A stretch of DNA of 64,000 nt from the NCBI GenBank assembly GCA_047601445.1, contig JASGJH010000001.1:576001-640000 (forward strand), given 5' to 3'. Shown in pieces: positions 29,584-37,900 of this stretch. The DNA comes from Myxococcales bacterium (GTDB lineage Bacteria; Myxococcota_A; Polyangia; Polyangiales; DASUME01). The position numbers were made by a program, and so were the translations under genes. Within the stretch, counting starts at the first letter, position 1, and each line of letters opens with the position of its first letter. A model generated the notes under the pieces. It did not search any database and was not told the origin of the DNA. It was given only the letters and a program-made list of their open reading frames with translations.

Positions 29584-30231
29584 TCAGCGCACCACCTTGA
29601 AGCCGAAGTCGAGCGTCTTGAGGGAGCCCCACAGCTTGAGCCAGATGGGCATCATGGCCTCGGTGGCGCGCGCCGCGCTGATGTCGCCGAGGTCGACCAC
29701 GTCGCGCCAGCCGAACCAGGTCTTGAGGAGCTCGGCCGTCTGTGCCTTGGCGGCAGCATCGTTGCCGCACATGAACATGGTGATCTCACCGGGCACGCGG
29801 GCGGGGGCGACCATCACGGAGCAGTTCACCGTGTTGAGGGTCTTCACCACGCGCAGCTCGGGAAAAGCGGCCTGCAGGCGCTCGCCAAGGGAGTCCTCGA
29901 GTCCGAAAGCCAGGCGCGGGCCCTTGCCCGGCACCATCTCGAGCGGATTGGAGACGTCGATCAGGAGCTTGCGCCCGAGGTTCGCTGCGCCTGCCAACCC
30001 GAGCACCTCGACCGAGGCGGTGCCGTGCGTGCAGTTGAACAGGATCTCTCCGAAGCTCGCGGCGTCGGCAAAGGTGCCATGGGACGCCTGCTTGCCGTTC
30101 TTCTCGGCCCAGGCCGCGGCCTTGGCGTTGTTGGCGGTGCGCGAGCCCAGCTTGACCTCGTGACCAAGAGTCACGAATTTGCTGCCCAGGGTCTCGCCCA
30201 CCATGCCCGTGCCCAGAATGCCAATCTTCAT
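29584..30231 (-). CDS. NADPH-dependent F420 reductase family oxidoreductase
   Basis: MKIGILGTGMVG, IDVSNPL, VVKTLNT, CGND, DLG. Confidence 0.85.
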   Translation of the reverse strand: MKIGILGTGMVGETLGSKFVTLGHEVKLGSRTANNAKAAAWAEKNGKQASHGTFADAASFGEILFNCTHGTASVEVLGLAGAANLGRKLLIDVSNPLEMVPGKGPRLAFGLEDSLGERLQAAFPELRVVKTLNTVNCSVMVAPARVPGEITMFMCGNDAAAKAQTAELLKTWFGWRDVVDLGDISAARATEAMMPIWLKLWGSLKTLDFGFKVVR

Positions 30232-30304
30232 GTTTGCCTCCTCCTGGCGGTAGATCTAGATCGTCCGGGCGAAGGAGCCAGCCCTCTCGCGGTCACTTCA
30301 AAGA

Positions 30305-30317
30305 TGACTGGGAGTCA
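30305..30317. promoter_or_regulatory. Candidate LysR box (T-N11-A with dyad)
   Basis: TGAC-TGGGA-GTCA, about 75 bp upstream of the reductase-LysR operon. Confidence 0.45.
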
Positions 30318-30359
30318 CCGATCGCCGGACGCGCGCTCCTGGCGGCCGCGGGACAAGGC

Positions 30360-30869
30360 TCAGAATTGCCAGCGCAGCGATAGGCTACCCCGGCCGGCAC
30401 CGGCGTCGACGCCGAAGGCCGTCGGGAGCAGCTCCTGACGTGCCCGCTGCCGTGCCCGCCGCAGGCGAAATGCGCCGTGGGTGATGAGCCCGACGCCCAC
30501 GAGGCCTACCGCGAGGCCGCTCCAAATGCTGGCCCGACGGGCCTGCTCGCGCTGCTGCTCGCGCCTGCGTTCGCAGTCCTCGTCTGGCGGATGGGTGCCG
30601 ATGAAGTCGAAGCTACAGCCGAGCATGGGCGGACCCTTGAAAAGGAAGACCACGAGTGAAACTGGCACGCTCGCCAGGGTGATCAGCGAGCCGCCGACCA
30701 CCTCGAGCGCGGGTCCCGTTTGCCCCGAGCGACTGCCGGACTCCAGGCTGGGTTGCGGGAGAGACCCGGGGCCCGTGTATTGCTGAGCCTGGGCTGCGCT
30801 CGTGGTGAGCAGGCAGCTGCAAAGGCCGAGCATCCACTGCAGCGCGGCAAGTCTCCGACGCACGTGCAT
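30360..30869 (-). CDS. Hypothetical exported/membrane protein, paralogue B
   Basis: Signal peptide, two hydrophobic helices, Cys pair, C-terminal LSLRWQF; similar to the neighbouring ORF. Confidence 0.6.
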   Translation of the reverse strand: MHVRRRLAALQWMLGLCSCLLTTSAAQAQQYTGPGSLPQPSLESGSRSGQTGPALEVVGGSLITLASVPVSLVVFLFKGPPMLGCSFDFIGTHPPDEDCERRREQQREQARRASIWSGLAVGLVGVGLITHGAFRLRRARQRARQELLPTAFGVDAGAGRGSLSLRWQF

Positions 30870-30907
30870 GGCCGCGAGGGTAACCCGGAACCGCGGACTT
30901 CTAGCCG

Positions 30908-31444
30908 TCAAAAGCGCCAGCCCACGGAGGCGCTCGTTTGCACAGGAGACGGTGTGAAGTTCCACACGCTGGGCTGCAGCGCCGCGAGTCTGCGCGCGCG
31001 CTTTCGATGCTTGAGCCGGATGGCGCCGTGGATGGTGAGGACGGTTCCGACGGCTGCGATGGCGCCCCCGATGCCGGCTCCCCAGTGCGTGGCTTCGCGA
31101 GTCTGAGCGCGGGCTTCACGCTCGCAGCGTTCTTCTTCTTCAGGATCGCTGGGTGTGTTGTCGAACAGGCCGAGGTCACCACATGCAAACAGCGATGGGC
31201 CCATATAGAACGCAGTCAAAAAGCCCACCGCTATGCTGGCATGGATCAGGGCGGCGCCCGTCACGAGTTCGAAGCGCGGGCCCGCCAGCGAGGGTGGCTG
31301 AGCGCGCTCTGGGGAGGCGTTGGCCCTCGGTGCCTCGAGCGCTTGCGCGGACACGTCGGCCGTGAGGAACGTGAGGCCGAGTCCCAGCATGCAAGCGAGG
31401 ATGCGCCACGGCGACGCGGAGGGGCGTGTGTTGGCAGCGAACAA
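30908..31444 (-). CDS. Hypothetical exported/membrane protein, paralogue A
   Basis: Same architecture as 30360-30869; C-terminal SVGWRF. Confidence 0.6.
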   Translation of the reverse strand: MFAANTRPSASPWRILACMLGLGLTFLTADVSAQALEAPRANASPERAQPPSLAGPRFELVTGAALIHASIAVGFLTAFYMGPSLFACGDLGLFDNTPSDPEEEERCEREARAQTREATHWGAGIGGAIAAVGTVLTIHGAIRLKHRKRARRLAALQPSVWNFTPSPVQTSASVGWRF

Positions 31445-31630
31445 GGGGCACCTCGCTGGAGAGCACTAGGCGATGACGCAGCGACTCCTTGCAAGGTCGA
31501 GGCCAGACGTTGAGCCTTCGTTTGAAGTACGATTTGGTCGTTTGCCTCACGGCCGATGCCCGAGAGGTGTGAACTTCCGGCTTCACCCCGAGACTGTGCC
31601 GTCGTGCTTTGTTCACGCGCGTGGGATCGA

Positions 31631-33046
31631 TTACCAGCCGAGCAAACGTCGCATGTCCTCACTGACGGCGGTCTCGGGTTCGAGGGCCAGGTAGCGCTCT
31701 GCTGCGCGACGGGCTTCGTCCATGCGGCGCAAGGCGAGCAGCGAATGCACTCGCAGGCGGCTCGCGCGCTCGCGCAGGGGGCTGGCGTAGGCATCGAGCT
31801 CGAAGCGGTCGAGCAAGACCAGCGTGCGCAAAGGGTCACGCAGGCCCTCGAAGCACAGCGCGGCGGCGGCGTATGCAAGTGGTGGACGCTGGCGTGGCTC
31901 GGCCAACTGAGCTGCCCGCTCGTAGGAGATCACGGCCGTGTTGAACCTGCCCAGAGCGCGCAGCGCATGGGCTTCCAGCTCGCGCCATTCCAGCTCGGGC
32001 TGTCGCGGATCGGTCAGGGCGCGTTGCGCGTCGCCGAGCGCCGAATCTGCGCGTCCCTCCGCGAGCGCACGTCGCGCGTTCGGCAAGTTGGGAGCCTGCA
32101 CGGGAGCGGGCAGGGCGGCTGTCTGCGGCGCCATGGGCGGGAGCTTGGAGTCAGCCCCATCGGGTGCGGTCGGCGCTTGCACGGGCGCGGGAGGCGTCTC
32201 CGGTGCCGGCAGCGCCTGGACGGTGGCCTTGGTCGCAGCCTCGCGGCTGCGCAATTCAACGTCAGCCTCGCGGCTGCGCAAATCAACATCAGCCTCGCGG
32301 CTGCGCAAATCAACATCAGCCTCGCGGCTGCGCAAATCAACGTCAGCCTCGCGGCTGCGGTCTTCGTGGTCCTGCGCGTGGGTCGCAGCCTCGCCGCTGC
32401 CCGCTTTACCGGCCGTTCCGGGGCTGCGCGCTTGGGCTGCGGCATGGGCCTCGGAGGCAAGTCGGTCGGGACCTGGTGTACTGCCGCGGCGCGAAGACCA
32501 TGTGGATCCCGCGCCCAGCTGCGTGTGCGGCAGACGAACGCGTCCTTCGTAGACGCGCACCAAAGTTTCTTCCGGCGTCACCTCCACGCTGAACACGGTG
32601 CCCACCACATGGACCTCCGCGTCCCTCGCGAGGACCGCGAAGTCTTCTCCGGGGCGCAGCTTCTTCACATCGAACAGCACGGCTCCGGTGCCCACGCGCA
32701 CGCGCCGCTCGCGCGTCGTCTGCGACAGCAGCTCGAGCTCGGCGCCAGGCGCAACCGTCAGCGCATCGCCCGCCAGCAGCGCGATGCGCAACGGCGGATC
32801 CGCGGCATCCACGCTCAGCGTCGTCCCGTGGCTCCACAGGCCGTGAACTGCCCACCACATGCAAGGCACGAGAGCCGCCGCGAGCGCGAGCCAACGCAGC
32901 GGAGAGCGTGGCCTGCGGGTCGGCGCGGGAGCGCTGAGGGCCGCGCGCACCATGCGGCGCGCCTCGAGGTCGGAGAGCGGCGTAGGCTCCATGGCTCGCG
33001 CGCGTTCGATCAAGTGATCCAGGTCATAGCGAGGCGACGGTGTCAT
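31631..33046 (-). CDS. FecR-domain anti-sigma protein with C-terminal TPR-like helices
   Basis: TM segment, then GAVLFDV..F.V...EVHVVGTVFSV...VRVYEGRV (FecR); Pro/Ala linker; TPR-like end; coupled to an ECF gene. Confidence 0.8.
   Translation of the reverse strand: MTPSPRYDLDHLIERARAMEPTPLSDLEARRMVRAALSAPAPTRRPRSPLRWLALAAALVPCMWWAVHGLWSHGTTLSVDAADPPLRIALLAGDALTVAPGAELELLSQTTRERRVRVGTGAVLFDVKKLRPGEDFAVLARDAEVHVVGTVFSVEVTPEETLVRVYEGRVRLPHTQLGAGSTWSSRRGSTPGPDRLASEAHAAAQARSPGTAGKAGSGEAATHAQDHEDRSREADVDLRSREADVDLRSREADVDLRSREADVELRSREAATKATVQALPAPETPPAPVQAPTAPDGADSKLPPMAPQTAALPAPVQAPNLPNARRALAEGRADSALGDAQRALTDPRQPELEWRELEAHALRALGRFNTAVISYERAAQLAEPRQRPPLAYAAAALCFEGLRDPLRTLVLLDRFELDAYASPLRERASRLRVHSLLALRRMDEARRAAERYLALEPETAVSEDMRRLLGW
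32236..32359. repeat. 27-bp in-frame tandem repeat, about 4.6 copies (SREADVDLR)
   Basis: Unit cagcctcgcggctgcgcaaatcaacat starting at 32236, 32263, 32290, 32317 and 32344 (partial). Confidence 0.95.
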
Positions 33047-33621
33047 CGCGAACCTCCTGTCGCTCCTGCGCCGAGCAGGCGCGCCAACTCCTCGCGCGCG
33101 TGCATGAGCCGCGAACGCATCGAGCCCGCGCTGGTGCCCACCACCTCCGCGGCCTCCTGGGGTGAGAGGCCTTCGATGGCGCACAGCACGAACGCGGTGC
33201 GTCGCTTCTCGGGCAGCCTCTCGATGCAGCGATACAGGCGCGCCAGGCCCTCACGCTCGGACAGCGCGGCGTCCGGGGCCGGCTCGCCGCTGGGGCGCGT
33301 CTCGACGTCGAGAGCAACCTCCGAACGCCCGCGGCGGAAGTATCGGTAGGCCACGCGGACGGTGATGCGGTGTGCGAACGTGTCTAGGCTCGCGCGGCCT
33401 TCGAAGTTCGGCAGGGCCTGGGCCAGCGCGATCAGGGTCTCCTGGGTAGCGTCGTCGAGGGCGGCGCCAGGTCCCAGCATGCGCAGCAGCCAGCGCCGTA
33501 CCTGGGGCAGGAGCGAAAGCAATGTGCGGGACAGCTCGGATTGCGTGTCGACGCGCACCAGGGGCACGCGCTCGCGCTCGGAGCGCTCCTTGGTGGGATC
33601 GAGGTCAGGCTTTTGGGTCAC
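33043..33621 (-). CDS. ECF RNA polymerase sigma-70 factor
   Basis: LDDATQET, FEGRASL.T, LPEKRRTAFVL..IEGLSPQEAAEVVG..GSMRSRL. Confidence 0.9.
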   Translation of the reverse strand: MTQKPDLDPTKERSERERVPLVRVDTQSELSRTLLSLLPQVRRWLLRMLGPGAALDDATQETLIALAQALPNFEGRASLDTFAHRITVRVAYRYFRRGRSEVALDVETRPSGEPAPDAALSEREGLARLYRCIERLPEKRRTAFVLCAIEGLSPQEAAEVVGTSAGSMRSRLMHAREELARLLGAGATGGSR

Positions 33622-34808
33622 ATCCTCACCTCGAGGCCAATGCTCGGATCCACCACGGGGAGCCGCGCAGGGAACAGATAGTGCACCGTAAGGCCCAAGG
33701 TCAGGCCCACGGCGGAGCGAACCCGGTAGCCCGCCAGCAGGCCGCCGCGGACCTCGCCGAGCCCCGAGGTGATGCTTGGTGGGGTAGAGCCGCCAAAGCT
33801 CCCGGCGGGGGCGACTACATTGACGCGTCCCATGCCTGCACCCCCCAGCAGGGAAAACCAGGGGCCCACGGCGCGCGGACGGGTCAGCTCGACCTCGGCC
33901 TGCAGGCCGAACAAAAAGGTGCCGCCCGGCGGAGCGAGCCGCCCCGTGAGGGCAAGCGCCACCCGCGACGAAAGCTGGAGGCCGAGCGCCACGTCGAGGG
34001 CGGGCGCAAGCTTGAAGCCGTCGGCGGCGAGGTTGGCCTTGCAGTCATCGGCGGAGACGGCGCCGCCGCTCCCCTGGACCTCACGCACCCGGCAGTCGTA
34101 GCCGGCGCCCGCCAGTGACTGGCTCACGCGCTCGATCCGCTGGCTGCCCATCAGCCCACTGGCCGAGTTGGCGGCGTCAGTCATCACGCCGGTCGGAGGA
34201 AGCTGATTCAAGCGTTGACCGCTCTGCAGGAACGCGAATCCGAGCACCCCCGACATGCGCAGGAACACGCGGCGCTTTCGGGGAGCCGTGGAGGAAGGCG
34301 CGGCCACTGGATGCTGCGCGGGTTGTGGTGGCGCCGCCGGTCGTGTTTGCGCTGGGCCCTCGGGGGACTTGGACGCGTTCGCCGGGTAGGAAGTCGCCGG
34401 GACGCGACCGAGTGCCTCGAGCGCGAGACTCGACGCCACACTCGCGAACACGAGCGGCTCGATGTGATCGAAGGGCACCGGCAGCGGAGCCTCGAGGGGG
34501 TGGTCACGGTCGCCATGCAGGGCGCGCACCCGCGCAGGGGCCTCGGGCTCGATCCAGAGGACCGCCGCGAGGCCGTGCTCACGCATGGCATGTTGGGCGG
34601 CTGCGGCGCGGTCGAGTGGGCCTTCCCCGTTCGGGAACGGGAAGCTACCGAGCCAAACATCGTAACCGCGAAGGGCGATCGCGAGGGCAGCCGCGTGCTC
34701 ACCGGCCCGCAAGTCGCTCGAGAGAAGCCCCACCTCTTCGGCGTGCACCGGGGGAGCGAGCACGCCGAAGAGGCTGAGCACCACAAGCAAAGCGCCAAGC
34801 AAGTTCAT
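33618..34808 (-). CDS. Hypothetical exported protein with probable C-terminal beta-barrel
   Basis: Signal peptide, Pro-rich linker, alternating beta strands at the C-terminus; overlaps the ECF start. Confidence 0.6.
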   Translation of the reverse strand: MNLLGALLVVLSLFGVLAPPVHAEEVGLLSSDLRAGEHAAALAIALRGYDVWLGSFPFPNGEGPLDRAAAAQHAMREHGLAAVLWIEPEAPARVRALHGDRDHPLEAPLPVPFDHIEPLVFASVASSLALEALGRVPATSYPANASKSPEGPAQTRPAAPPQPAQHPVAAPSSTAPRKRRVFLRMSGVLGFAFLQSGQRLNQLPPTGVMTDAANSASGLMGSQRIERVSQSLAGAGYDCRVREVQGSGGAVSADDCKANLAADGFKLAPALDVALGLQLSSRVALALTGRLAPPGGTFLFGLQAEVELTRPRAVGPWFSLLGGAGMGRVNVVAPAGSFGGSTPPSITSGLGEVRGGLLAGYRVRSAVGLTLGLTVHYLFPARLPVVDPSIGLEVRM

Positions 34809-34950
34809 CGCCCGAACAGTGCGGGCTGGAGAGGGCCGCGTTCCAAAAAAGATTCGAACGTCCGTGCGTGCCCTGCGATTTATGGTTCACCCCAGGCATT
34901 CACCCCAAGGTGTTGCCGCGAGCCCTTGGGCGCGTAGTCCGCCGGAGCCC

Positions 34951-37900
34951 TTATTCACTCGCCACCAACGTGACGCCCGGAGCCTGACTCTTGCGAGCTG
35001 GCTCGTAGTAGGGATAGACCTCGGCTCCGCCGTCGCTGGCTTTGACGGGCATGGTGGCACGCAAGCGATACTGGAAGCTGCGCACCTCGTCGGTCTCGAG
35101 GGAGCTGACGTACAAGATGAGTTGTCGCGGCGTGAGCTCGTACTTCGACAGGGAGTGCGCGCTCACGTAGGCGTCGAGATCGTCGGTCTGTACCTCGAAG
35201 CCTGGCGGAATGCCGACGTCCACCAGGATCATGTCGGCCCTGCCACCGCTCTGATTGGTGATCGCCACCGTGGCCCGAGCCAGGTCATTCACGGCCAGCT
35301 GCGTGCGGTCGTAGCTCACGCCCACGGCGAGCGGCGCAGCCGGCTGTGCAGGCACCTGATTCCAGGGCAGGTGGTAGCCGCTGACCAAGTTGTAGCTGAG
35401 CTTGCCGGTGCCCGCGAAGGTCAGCGTCACGTCGTGGGCGCCCGTGGTCGCGACCGAAGCCAAATCGATGGTGGTCAGCACGTCCGATTGGTCTGCTGTG
35501 AACGGCACCTGGGCAAGAGGCTGACCGTCGACCAAGACGCTCAGATCACCGAGGGCCGGCGAGCTGCCCTTGCGCGCCGCGAGCAGCAGCGTCTTGAGGG
35601 TCCAGATGGTGGCCTGAGTGGAGCCGAAATTGCCGGCCTGATCGCGTGAAGCAACCAGCGACTCGATGGCGCCTTTCACGAGGTCGGGATACGCACCTGC
35701 GTTGAGCAACGCGTGGGCGACCAGCGCCGTGGTCGTCACCGCTGCGTCATTGCCAGCACCATAGAAGCTCGTCTGGGTGCCGCCCGTATCCCAGCTCAGC
35801 TTGCTCCCGTCCACCTTTTTGAGCCCGTCGAGCGCAGCCAGCACCGAGTCCAGGGTTTCGTCGCTCGCGGCGGCGCTCGCGAAGGCGTTGGCCACCATCG
35901 CCAGTGTGTACGCGTCCTTGGCGTCGTCGTTCCAGTGCGCTCGCAAGTAAGAGAGACCCCGGCCGATGTCGTCGCCTTGATGTCCCGCGCTCGACAGAGC
36001 CCACACCACGAATGCCGTGTTGCGCACCAGGCTGGTCTGGAAGTCGAAGAACTCGGTCTGGTCGCCCTGCCAGCTGCCGTCGCCCTGTTGCTGGCCCACC
36101 AACCATGTGATCGTCCGCGTGAGCATGGCGTCGTCCACCTCGAAGACCGCCGCCATGTCCGCGAACTCCATCACACCGAAGGCGGTGACCGACAGGTACG
36201 GATGCCCGTCCTGGGTGCCGAACCAGGAGAAGCCGCCGGTCGGGTGCTCGTACGTGAGCAGACGTTGATAGCCCGCGGAGATGTAGCTCTCGGCCTTGAG
36301 CTCGATCTCCGGCGTGATCTGTTGAGTATCGCGCATGTAGCGCAGCACGAGGACGTTGGGCCAGGTGGTGCTCGTGGTCTGCTCGAAGCAGCCGTAGGGC
36401 GCCTGCAGCATGGTGTCCATACCGGAGACCACCGAGCTGAGGAAGGCGGGGAACACGGACAACGAGAGCTCCTGCGAACCGGGCACCGCGTTGTTTGGAT
36501 AGCTTACGCTCAAATGCTGGCTGCCCGCGCCGAGCGCGCCCGACTGGGCTGCGGGGAACGCCTTGCCGTCCGCCACCACGCGCACCGAACGCTCCACCGC
36601 ATCCGAGCGCTGCTTGCCGACCGCCTTCGCGGTCAGCGTGTGCACACCGACGTCGTCGACCCTGACCGGGAATGAGACTCCTTGCACGGCGTTGGCAGCG
36701 AGCTCCACGGTGGTCGAGGTCGCGCCGATCGGCGTGTACCAGTCGCTCGCTTGAAGCGTAACCGTGACGCTCTGGGGCTCGTCGAGATAGTTGTAGAGCG
36801 CGATCGGGAAGGTCACCTCATCGCCACGCGTGAGCTCGGCCGGGAATGCGATGTCCACGAAGAAATCCTGGAACACCGTCACGCCGTGGCTGCCGCCGCC
36901 GAGCGTGCCGTCGAGGGCGTTGGCGAGCGACGAGACGCGCCACTCGGTGATGCTGTCGGCCAGCGGCACCTCCACGGTGGCCGTCCCATTCGGATCGGTG
37001 ATCAGCGCAGGATTCACGTACAGCGTTTCGGGAAACTCGCGGCGCACGCGGGGCTCCCCGGTGCTCGGACCGGACTCGGGTTCGGGGCTGCTGATGCCCG
37101 CGTCGCCGAAGTTCCCGGGATTCCCCGCGTGCTCTTCCGGGGCGAAGTCGAGATCGCCGTCGTCAAACTCGCCGTCCGCCGCCGCAACATCCAGGCTGGG
37201 CAACGTGGGCGCGTTGACCGTCACACTGCAGTCGTCGTCCGTGCCGTTCACTTCGTCGGGACCACGCGAGAGCAAGCTGAGCGTGTTGTAACCAGGTTGC
37301 ACCTGGTAGCTTCGACCCCAGGGGTCCGCGGCGCCCCAGTGGGTCTCCACGTAGTCGACCAACAGGCTTGCGTAGCTGTTGCCCAGGTTCTCGCAGTAGC
37401 TCTGGGATGAGCAGCCTTTGGACGCTAGCCAGCGCTGTCCGCGCTTCACGAGCCTGCGCACCTCTGCTTCGAGTTGCTTGCCCTCGGACTCGAGTGACGG
37501 CGCGAGCAACGTCTTCATGCGCTGCAGCGTCGCGCTCCAAGAACCCGCGTGCAGGCCCGTCACTCCCATGTCGCCGAGCGCCGCGAAGCTAGCTCGCGCG
37601 CGCTCCTGGGCCGCCGCGTTCTTGGCTTGATCGTCGCTGCGCGTGTCGTCGAACAGCAGACTCTCCACCGATCCCGCCGGAGCCCCGATCTGATAGTGCG
37701 GCTCGGCGAACGCGTCATCGAGCTCGAAGTAGGTCCGGAGCAGACCGGGCTTGGCGTCGACCAGTGCGAACACCGCCTCGTCCACGATTTGCACACCGAG
37801 GGCCGCCACCTTCGGTTGGCCCGCGGCATCCGTCACCGAGAACGTCAGCTTGGCGGGCTGACCTGGCTCGTACTGCGGCTTGTCCGTGGCGAGTTCGATG

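Noticed and set aside
32236..32359. Palindromic repeats resembling a mini CRISPR array
   Set aside because: The intervening sequences are near-identical and only about 11 bp, the period is 27 bp and in frame within a CDS, and no cas genes are present.
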